A stretch of 64,000 bases of DNA. Origin: Chloroflexia bacterium (GTDB lineage Bacteria; Chloroflexota; Chloroflexia; DTKN01). Positions 41,563-50,308 of the stretch are shown in pieces. Positions within the stretch are counted from its first letter, which is position 1. Each line of letters opens with the position of its first letter. The stretch covers positions 29,671 through 93,670 of the forward strand of contig JAFGKG010000219.1 in NCBI GenBank assembly GCA_016928715.1. The letters run 5' to 3'. The translations under genes and the position numbers were made by a program. Below the pieces are notes generated by a model. That model made no database searches. It saw only the letters and a list, made by a program, of their open reading frames with translations, and had not been told where the DNA came from.

Positions 41563-43392
41563 GTGTCCACCCGCCCCGAGTTCGAGGAGCGTCTCAAGGC
41601 GCTGCCCGACCACCCCGGCGTCTATATCTATAAGGATCAAAAGGGCGACATTCTCTACGTGGGCAAGTCAGTCTCGCTGCGCCAGCGGGTGCGCTCCTAC
41701 TTTCAGTCCTCCGAGGGCCTGAGCCAAAAGACGCGCGAGTTGGTGACCTGCATCGCCGATTTCGAGGTCATTCTCACCGATAACGAGCTGGAGGCCCTGG
41801 TCCTGGAGAACAGCCTGATCAAGGAGCACCGCCCCCGCTACAATATCCGCCTGCGCGACGACAAGACCTATCCCTTTATCAAGGTGACGCTGAACGAGCA
41901 GTGGCCGCGGGTGCTCAAGACGCGCCGCGTCGAGGACGATGGCGCCCGCTACTTTGGCCCTTTTTCCGATGCCGGCGCGGTCAAGCGTACCCTGCGCCTG
42001 TTGGACCGCCTCTTTCCCTACTGCTCCCGAGGCCGGGTCGTCAATGGCAAGCAGGAGCGGCCCTGCCTGAACTACTATATCGGCCGCTGCCTGGGAGCCT
42101 GCGCCGGTCGGGCCGATCCGGACGAGTACATGGAGTCCATCCAGCAGGTCATCCTTTTTCTGGAGGGCAAGGGAGATCACGTAACCCAGCGGCTGCGGGA
42201 ACAAATGAACCAGGCGGCCGAGGCCCTCGAGTTTGAGCGCGCCGCCCGCCTGCGCGACCAACTGCACGACATCCAGCAGGTGCTGGAGCGACAAAAGGTC
42301 GTCCTGGCCCAAGAGTCCGACGAGGACGTCATTGCCTTTGCCCGAGATGACGGCAATGCCTGCGTGCAGGTCTTTTTTATCCGCCGCGGCCGCCTGATTG
42401 GCAGCGAGCACTTTTTGATGCAGGGCGCCGAGGAGGAGAAAGAAACCCGGGTCATGGCCTCTTTCCTGACCCAATTCTACGAAAACGCCACCCTGGTCCC
42501 CGGCACCATCCTACTGCAGCACGAGATCGAGGAATGGGGCGTGATCGAGGAATGGCTGAGGCGCAAACGCGGCTCCCGGGTGACCCTACGGGTGCCCCGG
42601 CGCGGACAAAAACGCCAGTTGATGGAAATGGTGGCCCGCAATGCCGTGCAGACCCTGGAGCAACTGCGGCTCAAATGGCTCAGCGACCAGCAGCGCCAAG
42701 CCGGCGCCCTGGCCGAACTGCGAGATGCCCTCGACCTGACCGGCCTGCCCCGACGCATCGAGGGTTATGATATCTCGACCCTGCAGGGCACGGCCCCGGT
42801 GGGCAGCATGGTCGTCTTTGAGGACGGCGTGCCCCAGAGCGGCAAGTACCGCCGCTTTCGCATCCAGTCCGTCACCGGACAGGACGACTATGCCATGCTG
42901 GCCGAAGTGCTGGGCCGACGTTTTCGCCGCGCGGCGGAGGAGGAGGGGGTGGGCGGAGAGTGGGGCAGCCTGCCCGACCTGGTCCTCATCGACGGGGGCA
43001 AGGGCCAGGTGGGAGCCGCCCGCAAAGTGCTGCAGGAGGCCGGCCTGGAAATACCCATGATTGGCCTGGCCAAGCGGGAGGAAGAGATCTTTATCCCTGG
43101 CCGGCCTCACCCGCTGTGCTTGCCCCGCGATTCCATCGGTCTGCACCTGCTGCAGCAGGTCCGTGACGAGGCGCACCGTTTCGCCATCAGCTACCACCGC
43201 CAGCGCCGCCGCAAAAAGGGCCTGCGCTCGCAGATCGAGGACGTGCCCGGCATCGGCCCACGCCGGCGCAAATCCCTGCTCAAACACTTTGGCAGCATTG
43301 CAGCCATGCGCCAGGCCTCCGTGGAGGAACTGGCGGCCGTGCCGGGGATGAATAAAAGGGTGGCCGAGCAGCTCAAGGATTGGCTGGGCTGA
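41563..43392 (+). CDS. uvrC: Excinuclease ABC subunit C
   Basis: GIY-YIG (PGVY...LYVGKS..LRQRVRSY), UVR, RIEGYDIS, IDGGKGQ, RDEAHRFA, HhH. Confidence 0.97.
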   Translation: MSTRPEFEERLKALPDHPGVYIYKDQKGDILYVGKSVSLRQRVRSYFQSSEGLSQKTRELVTCIADFEVILTDNELEALVLENSLIKEHRPRYNIRLRDDKTYPFIKVTLNEQWPRVLKTRRVEDDGARYFGPFSDAGAVKRTLRLLDRLFPYCSRGRVVNGKQERPCLNYYIGRCLGACAGRADPDEYMESIQQVILFLEGKGDHVTQRLREQMNQAAEALEFERAARLRDQLHDIQQVLERQKVVLAQESDEDVIAFARDDGNACVQVFFIRRGRLIGSEHFLMQGAEEEKETRVMASFLTQFYENATLVPGTILLQHEIEEWGVIEEWLRRKRGSRVTLRVPRRGQKRQLMEMVARNAVQTLEQLRLKWLSDQQRQAGALAELRDALDLTGLPRRIEGYDISTLQGTAPVGSMVVFEDGVPQSGKYRRFRIQSVTGQDDYAMLAEVLGRRFRRAAEEEGVGGEWGSLPDLVLIDGGKGQVGAARKVLQEAGLEIPMIGLAKREEEIFIPGRPHPLCLPRDSIGLHLLQQVRDEAHRFAISYHRQRRRKKGLRSQIEDVPGIGPRRRKSLLKHFGSIAAMRQASVEELAAVPGMNKRVAEQLKDWLG

Positions 43393-43397
43393 CCAAA

Positions 43398-43425
43398 GTA
43401 GGGGCAAGGCTCGCCTTGCCCCTAC
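43398..43425. repeat. GTAG-type REP palindrome between convergent genes (probable bidirectional terminator)
   Basis: GTAGGGGCAAGGC-TC-GCCTTGCCCCTAC perfect inverted repeat. Confidence 0.7.
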
Positions 43426-43453
43426 AGAAAGGTCTATTTACGACGCAGGCCGG

Positions 43454-44275
43454 TTAGCGCAGCCCGGCGAACAGGTCGTTCTCTTTTTCCTCCGGCCAAC
43501 CCACGCTAGAACGGACCAGGGTAAAACATTCCGTCGTGGACAAGGCATCCTGCCGGGCTAGATCGATCTTCTGGGCCAGATCCAGGTCGCTGCGCCGGCC
43601 CACCTGGGTAGCGTGGCAGGAAATCCCCCGTATTTTCTGTTCCAGGTAATCGTCCACCCGAATGATCGTGGTGATCGATTCTATGGGGTGCCCGTTGAAA
43701 TAAAAGGGCACCCCATCCATCATGACGGCCGGCGGTTCCCCCCGATTGCTCATACCTTCCACCTGTTCCTGGGGCAGCACCCGGTAGTAGAGCTTGTCGA
43801 CCTGGTGGGGCCGGCAATCGTCGTCCAGGTGATGGGGAAAGCAGTCGGGTTGGCCGGCCAGGTCCACGGCGATGGTGGCCCAGCGGCTGGCGGCAATGTG
43901 GTCATAGTGGCCGTAAATGCCGTCCGGCCCAAAGCTGATCACCACCTGCGGTCGGAACTGGCGGATCAGGAGCACCAGCTTGCCCACGGCCTGGCCCTGG
44001 TGAACGTTGGGCAGTTGGCCGTCCACATAGTCCAGGAAAATGGGCGGGTGGATGCCATAGACCTGGCAGGCGCAGCGCAGTTCCCTTTCTCGCACCAGGG
44101 GCAGGTCAGCTGCCGTGGCCAGATCGGGCTCGGAGATCTGCCCTGCTTCGCCCCGAGTGGCCGTGACCAGGTAGACATCGGCCCCCTCGGCGGCATATTT
44201 GGATAACGAGCCCCCCGTACCGAATGCCTCGTCGTCCGGGTGGGCAAAGATCGCCATCAAGGTTAATTTGCTCAT
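43454..44275 (-). CDS. PIG-L family deacetylase (MshB/BshB/Mca-like)
   Basis: FAHPDDE, ATRGEAG, GIYGHYDH, CHATQ. Confidence 0.9.
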   Translation of the reverse strand: MSKLTLMAIFAHPDDEAFGTGGSLSKYAAEGADVYLVTATRGEAGQISEPDLATAADLPLVRERELRCACQVYGIHPPIFLDYVDGQLPNVHQGQAVGKLVLLIRQFRPQVVISFGPDGIYGHYDHIAASRWATIAVDLAGQPDCFPHHLDDDCRPHQVDKLYYRVLPQEQVEGMSNRGEPPAVMMDGVPFYFNGHPIESITTIIRVDDYLEQKIRGISCHATQVGRRSDLDLAQKIDLARQDALSTTECFTLVRSSVGWPEEKENDLFAGLR

Positions 44276-44321
44276 TTCCGCTCCTGTTCCGTCAAGCCCT
44301 TTTTGTAGAGACTGCCCCCGC

Positions 44322-44355
44322 GTAGACGGAGAGGCGGCGCATGCGTCGCCCCTAC
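44322..44355. repeat. GTAG-type REP-like palindrome
   Basis: Minus strand GTAGGGGCGACGCATGCGCCGCCTCT...CTAC. Confidence 0.5.
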
Positions 44356-44395
44356 AGAGGCCTTTACGTCATTCGTGGCGGCCCGCCGGAGATGG

Positions 44396-44749
44396 CTACA
44401 GGCCCAGCCGTTCCCGGGACACCTCCCGGCGCTCGGCGCGAATTTCGTCCCGGGATAGGGCCGGCACGTGCAGCACAAAATGAAGGTAATCCGGCGAACT
44501 GCCCAGAAAGGTGTGGGCCTCGCCGGGCTCGACCAGCAGCACGTCGCCGCTCTGCAGGCGCAGCGACTCCCCCTCGATGCGGACCGTTGAGATTCCCCGC
44601 GCCACCAAATATATCTCGGTGATGCGCTCGTGGACGTGGGGATCGTCAATGCCCGCGTTTGCATACCCCAGGGCCAGGGCCAGCCCCGAGTTCCAGGGAC
44701 ACAGGCACCAACCCTTGGCTTGGACGGGATCGGATCGTTCCAGGCGCAT
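44396..44749 (-). CDS. Cupin domain protein
   Basis: HVH...EIYLV.RG and GD.LLVEPGEAH cupin motifs; RBS GAGGAGG. Confidence 0.85.
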   Translation of the reverse strand: MRLERSDPVQAKGWCLCPWNSGLALALGYANAGIDDPHVHERITEIYLVARGISTVRIEGESLRLQSGDVLLVEPGEAHTFLGSSPDYLHFVLHVPALSRDEIRAERREVSRERLGL

Positions 44750-44759
44750 CGGCCCCTCC

Positions 44760-45230
44760 TCAGACGAACGACTGCCGCTGCATGCGCTCTCGGTGCTCCT
44801 CATAGTCGGTCAACTTGCGCTCGTAGGCCCGTGCCATCAGCGGCGAGGAGATGATAAAGTCAGCCGAGGCGCGGTTGCAGGCTACGGGTATGTTCCAGAC
44901 CACGGCCACCCGCAGCAGGGCCTTGACGTCGGGATCGTGGGGCTGCGCCTCCAGGGGATCCCAGAAAAAGATGAGCACGTCCAGGGCGCGCTCGGTAATC
45001 TTGGCCCCGATCTGCAGATCGCCGCCGAGAGGGCCACTCTCAAAGCAGGTCACCGGCAGGCCCAACTCCCCGGCCAGCAGGCTGCCGGTGGTGCCGGTGG
45101 CGTAGAGCTCGTGTTGAGACAGCAGTTCGCGGTTATAGTGGGTCCACTCCAGCAGGTCGTCCTTTTTGTGGTCGTGGGCCACCAGGGCGATGCGTTTTCG
45201 GGCCGCCAGGGCGGCTTGAGGGGTTGACAT
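44760..45230 (-). CDS. mgsA: Methylglyoxal synthase
   Basis: [43 protein letters not shown]. Confidence 0.97.
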   Translation of the reverse strand: MSTPQAALAARKRIALVAHDHKKDDLLEWTHYNRELLSQHELYATGTTGSLLAGELGLPVTCFESGPLGGDLQIGAKITERALDVLIFFWDPLEAQPHDPDVKALLRVAVVWNIPVACNRASADFIISSPLMARAYERKLTDYEEHRERMQRQSFV

Positions 45231-45245
45231 ACACGCGCTCCTTTC

Positions 45246-45809
45246 TCAGGCCCGGCCGGTCAGGCGGCGGATGACCCGGGACGCCAGGGCAGCCAGGCAG
45301 CCCAAAATGACCGCCAGCAGCAGCAGGTCCTTGATGCTGGCGGCGATCGAGGCCACCAACACCCCGCCGGCCGCCACCTGGTCCAGGTCTCGGATGAGCC
45401 AGAGATGCAGGCTGTTCTCTACATAGTCGCAGAGGGCAGCGCCAAAGGGACAGCTAAAGAGGGCCAACTGCAGCCAGTGGGGTTCCTCGTCCGCCGCCGG
45501 CCCGCTGAGCCAGGCAAAGAGGCCGCCGAAAAAGACGGCATAGACCGGGGCAAAGACATAGTCGACAAAGAGGCTGATCCGGAAAAACCGCCGCCCCTCG
45601 GCGCCCCACTGCTGCAGGATAGCGACAAACTCCTCGCGGTTAAAAGCCAACTGCAGGGCGGTAATGTCCGGCGTGCCCACCGGCCGGCCGGCACGATCCA
45701 GCCATTGAAAGACTAGCATCAAGCCCACGGTCAGCACTCCCGCGACCGCCAGCACCGCCGGCCGGCTCAGATAACGATAACAGGCCGGTAGACATCCCGG
45801 TTCTTTCAT
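45246..45809 (-). CDS. Four-TM membrane protein
   Basis: Hydrophobic segments; LQLAF, D..F...Y, DYVEN pattern; GAAGGAG RBS. Confidence 0.7.
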   Translation of the reverse strand: MKEPGCLPACYRYLSRPAVLAVAGVLTVGLMLVFQWLDRAGRPVGTPDITALQLAFNREEFVAILQQWGAEGRRFFRISLFVDYVFAPVYAVFFGGLFAWLSGPAADEEPHWLQLALFSCPFGAALCDYVENSLHLWLIRDLDQVAAGGVLVASIAASIKDLLLLAVILGCLAALASRVIRRLTGRA

Positions 45810-45970
45810 CGGCCGTTCTCCTTCAGGCTGCGCAGCAGCGTCCAATTCTAGCGGCCATTGTAGCAGAGATTTCGCCGCCCGGCAAGGGCGGACCCCATCC
45901 ACTGGACAAAACGCCATTTTCGTGTAGAATAAGTCTAACCATCAAAATATTGTAATTTTAGGAGGCGATT

Positions 45971-46558
45971 ATGAAACGTTGGGGAATCATCACCCTACTT
46001 TTGAGCATCCTGGTTTTGGCCAACTGCACCGCCGGCGGCATCTATATTCCACCCACCCTGACCCCCCTCCCCGGCCAAGCGCAGACCGACAGCGGCGGGG
46101 AATCCTCCACCTCGGGAGAAAAAGTCGCCATCATCGAGACCCATCGGGGCACCATTCGCTGCCAACTCCGCCCCGACGCCGCCCCCAAACACGTGGCCAA
46201 TTTTGAAGAGTTGGCCAACCAGGGCTGGTACGACGGGCATACCTTTTTCCGCGTCGAGCCGGGTTTCGTCATCCAGGGGGGCAGCCCCACGGATAACGCC
46301 ACCGGAGACATTGGCTATACGGTCGAGGCCGAGATCCAGTTGCCCCACAACAAGGGCGCCCTGGCCGCCGCCCGCACCTCCGACCAGGTTAACCCGGAGC
46401 GCCGTTCCAGCGGCAGCCAATTCTACATCACCCTGGAAGCGACCCCCCATCTGGACGGCGCCTACACCGTCTTTGGCTACTGCGACCAGTCTATGGACGT
46501 GATCCGCCAGATCCAGATCGGCGACGTCATGAACCGGGTGCGCGTCGAGGAGCAATAA
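45971..46558 (+). CDS. Cyclophilin-type peptidyl-prolyl isomerase, lipoprotein
   Basis: LANC lipobox; APKHVANF, FFRV.PGFVIQGG, SGSQFYI, HLDGAYTVFG; promoter TGGACA-N16-TAGAAT at 45903-45930. Confidence 0.92.
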   Translation: MKRWGIITLLLSILVLANCTAGGIYIPPTLTPLPGQAQTDSGGESSTSGEKVAIIETHRGTIRCQLRPDAAPKHVANFEELANQGWYDGHTFFRVEPGFVIQGGSPTDNATGDIGYTVEAEIQLPHNKGALAAARTSDQVNPERRSSGSQFYITLEATPHLDGAYTVFGYCDQSMDVIRQIQIGDVMNRVRVEEQ

Positions 46559-46583
46559 CGAAAGCGCCCCCCGTGGAGACCGC

Positions 46584-47066
46584 ATGTCCCGACAGAACGA
46601 CCGAGAGCCCTACGAAAAAACGATTGCCGTCAACCGCAAGGCCCGGCACGACTATGAGGTCCTGGAAACCTACGAGGCCGGCCTGGTCCTGACCGGTTCG
46701 GAGATCAAGTCCATCCGCGACGGCCGGGTCAACCTGCGCGGGGGCTATGCCCGGATTCGTGACAATGAATTCTGGCTGCTCGATGTGCACATTTCCCCCT
46801 ACAAGGAGGCCGGGGAGCACTATGGCCACGAGCCCGGTCGCCCGCGCAAGCTGCTGCTGCACCGCCGCGAGATCCGTCGCCTGATCGGGAAACTGGATCG
46901 CGGCGGACTCACCCTCATCCCCCTGCGTCTCTACATCAAGGGACGCTGGGCCAAAGTCGAGCTGGGCCTTTGCCGAGGGCGCCGCGAGTATGACCGCCGC
47001 GAAGCCATCGCTAAACGCCAAGCCCGTCGGGACATAGAAAGGGCCTGGAAAGATCGCTACCGCTGA
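46584..47066 (+). CDS. smpB: SsrA-binding protein
   Basis: NRKARHDY, EAGLVLTGSEIKSIR, RKLLLHRREI. Confidence 0.97.
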   Translation: MSRQNDREPYEKTIAVNRKARHDYEVLETYEAGLVLTGSEIKSIRDGRVNLRGGYARIRDNEFWLLDVHISPYKEAGEHYGHEPGRPRKLLLHRREIRRLIGKLDRGGLTLIPLRLYIKGRWAKVELGLCRGRREYDRREAIAKRQARRDIERAWKDRYR

Positions 47067-47177
47067 ACCGAGGATCGACCGGCATCCGCCGCCTGGGGAG
47101 GGATGCGGCAGCACTTGCCTGCTGGGAAGCATTTATCTGGCTGCGGCGCGGGTTGGTCTGCTGGGAAAACAAGGCCC

Positions 47178-48233
47178 TCAGGAACTCCGCCCCAGCAGCG
47201 ACTCGACCAATCGCTCCAACAAGCTACGGGCCGGGCCCTCGGGGAGCTGCGCCAGGAACTCGAGGGATTGGCGATGATAACAAGCGGCTTGTTGTTGGAC
47301 ATAGTCGCGGCTTCCCGCATCCTCCATCATCTGCAGTATAGCGGCAATGTCCTCCTCGGACAGGGGCTCCCTCCCCCTGAGGCGCTGGACCAGAAATTCC
47401 CGCGCCGCGCCGGTGGCCTGACCCAGGGCGTGTACCAGCGGCAAGCCTAATTTGCGCCCATGGAGGTCCGCCGCCGCCGGCTTGCCGGTCAGCACCGGGT
47501 TCCCCCAGACCCCCAGCCAATCGTCCTGCACCTGGAAGGCCAAGCCCAAGGCCAGGCCAAAACGACGCCAGGTCTCCAGGGACGCCGCCGTAGCCCCACC
47601 GATCAGCGCACCCAGTTGCACCGCGGCGACCAAGAGCGCCCCCGTCTTGGCCGAGATCATGGCCCCATAAGAAGTTTCGTCGACATCCAAGCGGCCCTCA
47701 AAACTTAGGTCCAGATATTGTCCCTCGCAGATACGCAGTATGGCCTGATCAAAAACTTCCAGCGCCTCCAAGAATGCCTCGTTCGCCAGTCCGCTGGAGC
47801 GCAGGCGGAGCAGGGCCGTACGGGCCAGGACAAAAAGGCCATCTCCGACGTTGATGGCCTGGGGAATTCCCCATAGATTCCACACGGTTGGCCGACCCCG
47901 TCGCAGGGGACTGTTGTCCTCAATATCATCGTGAATCAGGGTAAAATTGTGCAGCAATTCCACCGCGGCCGCTGCCGGTAGAGCCGGTCGCCAAAGCCCT
48001 GAACTCACCTCGCAGGCCAACAGGCTCAACAAGGGGCGCAGTCGCTTGCCCGTATTTTCCCGCACGGGCCGCAGTGCTGCATCCCGCCAACCCAAATGAT
48101 ACTCGATCATCCCATAAAAGGGCTGCAGCCTTGCCGGCGGATCCGCGGGGAGGCAAAGCCCCATCTCGGATTCAATCGCCGCAAGTCTTTCCTGGAATTG
48201 CTCCGACCCTCGCTGTCGCTTCATCAGCTCCAC
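47178..48233 (-). CDS. Polyprenyl diphosphate synthase (IdsA/GGPP synthase-like)
   Basis: GKRLRP, FARM FTLIHDDIED, RRGRPT, GQYLD, KTG, FQVQDD. Confidence 0.92.
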   Translation of the reverse strand: MELMKRQRGSEQFQERLAAIESEMGLCLPADPPARLQPFYGMIEYHLGWRDAALRPVRENTGKRLRPLLSLLACEVSSGLWRPALPAAAAVELLHNFTLIHDDIEDNSPLRRGRPTVWNLWGIPQAINVGDGLFVLARTALLRLRSSGLANEAFLEALEVFDQAILRICEGQYLDLSFEGRLDVDETSYGAMISAKTGALLVAAVQLGALIGGATAASLETWRRFGLALGLAFQVQDDWLGVWGNPVLTGKPAAADLHGRKLGLPLVHALGQATGAAREFLVQRLRGREPLSEEDIAAILQMMEDAGSRDYVQQQAACYHRQSLEFLAQLPEGPARSLLERLVESLLGRSS

Positions 48234-48333
48234 CTTCCCCGGCGCTTGTGCCGGGAAGATTCACTCGAACCATTACAAAGCATATCACAGGGCTCTATCC
48301 CTGTCAAAATAGCCTGTCCGCCCCCCCCCAAAA

Positions 48334-48705
48334 TTTTTCACACTTTTATTTCTGAGGGTTTTCCACTTTTCCACAAGGGGGCCTTCTAGATAAATCTATC
48401 GGCGCCCTAGTCATCCTGACCCCCTACATCTAGTGGTTCGGATCGTTTCAAGCCCTAATTAGCGGTAGGCCTTTTTGTGGATAACTGCCCCCCTGTAGTG
48501 GAAAAGTGCCCCCGTTTGTGGATAATTTGACGCAAAGCCGGAAGACCCGGGCCCAATCATTGTAATAAAGATAAATTTCTCCACCATGGCCTCACCAGGA
48601 CAAATGGGGGAAAAGGGCATCTAAAAGCCCTTTTTTTGTGTTTTATCCCCAATCAACCGCCCTACTACTGTATACTATTAATTAATATTAACGAGTATTA
48701 ACATG
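48334..48705. other. Putative chromosomal replication origin (oriC)
   Basis: Perfect DnaA boxes TGTGGATAA at 48476 and 48517; TTTTTCACA 48334, TTTTCCACA 48367; one-mismatch boxes at 48359, 48497, 48643; then CGCCC-TACTACTGTATACTATTAATTAATATTAA. Confidence 0.75.
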
Positions 48706-48816
48706 TGGACTCACACACCTCGTATAAGGGGTGTGAGTTACTTGAAACTTGGCGTAAAGTGTGCTACATTAGGGTATCCGGACAATACGCTCCAACTGAC
48801 TGGAGGGTGTAGCCAA

Positions 48817-50205
48817 GTGACTGAAGTGATTAGCGGAGGCTATATCGTAAAAACAAGCGGACCAGCCCAAAGGGCTGGGCTACAGGCCGGTGATCGCCTG
48901 CTCAAGGCGGCCAGGGTACCACTCCGTGATATCATTGATTTCTGGTTCTATGCTGATGGGCCGCAGGTGGAGATCGAGATAGGGCGCCAGGGCCGGCGGA
49001 TGACCCTGTGGCTTGAACGCGATGCCGGGGAATCCTGGGGACTGGACTTTGATCAGCCGCTGTTCGATGGTCTGCGCCGTTGTAGCAATCACTGCCTGTT
49101 CTGCTTTTTGGACCAGCTTCCTCCTGGTTGGCGCAGGAGCCTGTACTTGCGCGACGATGACTATCGGCTTTCCTTTCTATACGGCAATTTTGTGACCTTG
49201 ACCAACCTGCGGCCGGCCGATTGGGATCGTTTGGACGAACAGCATCTGAGTCCGCTCTATGTTTCGGTGCATGCCACGGATCCGGTCTTGCGGCGGATCC
49301 TCTTGGGGCGCTCCGATTTGCCCGATATTCGAGCGCAACTGCTGCGCTTGGAGCAATTGGCTATTGAGGTCCACGCCCAGATCGTTCTGTGTCCAGGCAT
49401 TAACGATGGGGAGTATTTACAACAGACGCTGTCCGATCTGGAGGAGAGGTCGCGGAGCGTTGTCTCGGTTGCCCTGGTGCCGGTGGGGCTGACCCGTTTT
49501 CGCAACGAACGATCGGTGGTCCTGCCTGGAGAGACGGCCCATTTGCGATCCTACACCCCGACCGAGGCCCGGGAGATGCTGTCTTGGGCAGGTCCCCTGC
49601 AGCGATCCTTTCGTCAGCGCTGGGGCCGGAACTTGCTCTATTTGTCCGACGAGTTCTACCTTTTGGCCGGCCGGTCCGTGCCGGCAGCCCGCTTTTACGA
49701 TGACTTTCCTCAACTGGAGAATGGGGTGGGTTTGGTGCGCCTGCTGCGGGAGGATTGGTTTCGGGCCCGCCGACGCTTGCCCGCGAAATTGCCCCGACCG
49801 CTGCGGATGAGCCTGGTCTGCGGCACCATGATCGCGCCGATGCTGCGCGAGTTTGCCCGGGAATGCCAGGAGCGGACAGAGCTTTTGACCATCGAGGTAT
49901 TGGCCCTGGAGAATCAAACCTTTGGCCCGCTAGTGACTGTCTCAGGTCTGTTGACCGGGGAATGTCTGCGGGCCGGCCTGCGGGGGAGGACTCTGGGGGA
50001 CGTTGTGGTCATGCCACGGGTGGCCTTTGAACAGTCTGGCCGCTGTACCCTGGATGAAGTGTCGTTGTCCGATCTCGCCGCAGAACTGCAGTGCCCCCTT
50101 CTTTTGGCGGACCAGATGTCAGAGGTGGTGGAGGCCCTTAACCAAATCGACCGAGGGAACCCGCCCAGCCCATTGTTTACTGATCTCCGATATCCCACTT
50201 TCTAA
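48817..50205 (+). CDS. DUF512 family PDZ/radical-SAM-like Fe-S protein
   Basis: N-terminal PDZ-like; CSNHCLFCF, DDDYRLSFLYGNFVTLTN, SDEFY, QLENGVG; GGAGG RBS before GTG. Confidence 0.88.
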   Translation: MTEVISGGYIVKTSGPAQRAGLQAGDRLLKAARVPLRDIIDFWFYADGPQVEIEIGRQGRRMTLWLERDAGESWGLDFDQPLFDGLRRCSNHCLFCFLDQLPPGWRRSLYLRDDDYRLSFLYGNFVTLTNLRPADWDRLDEQHLSPLYVSVHATDPVLRRILLGRSDLPDIRAQLLRLEQLAIEVHAQIVLCPGINDGEYLQQTLSDLEERSRSVVSVALVPVGLTRFRNERSVVLPGETAHLRSYTPTEAREMLSWAGPLQRSFRQRWGRNLLYLSDEFYLLAGRSVPAARFYDDFPQLENGVGLVRLLREDWFRARRRLPAKLPRPLRMSLVCGTMIAPMLREFARECQERTELLTIEVLALENQTFGPLVTVSGLLTGECLRAGLRGRTLGDVVVMPRVAFEQSGRCTLDEVSLSDLAAELQCPLLLADQMSEVVEALNQIDRGNPPSPLFTDLRYPTF

Positions 50206-50290
50206 CCCGGCCGAGCCGAATCAAAAAGAACCACAAAGGACACAATGGATACCAATTTTTTCTTTGTACCCTTTGTGTCCTTTGTGGTAG
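50202..50290. repeat. Small intergenic repeat element, copy B, with 16-bp inverted repeat
   Basis: Left end shared with 4744; ACCACAAAGGACACAA (50230-45) / TTGTGTCCTTTGTGGT (50273-88). Confidence 0.65.
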
Positions 50291-50308
50291 AAATACTCAG
50301 TTGGTGGG

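Noticed and set aside
47067-47177. tmRNA (ssrA) next to smpB
   Set aside because: Gap is only ~110 bp and lacks tRNA-like ends
48528-48556. GACGCAAAGCC resembling the c-di-GMP-I riboswitch core
   Set aside because: No upstream GGCAAAC/GAAA P2 stem; embedded among DnaA boxes
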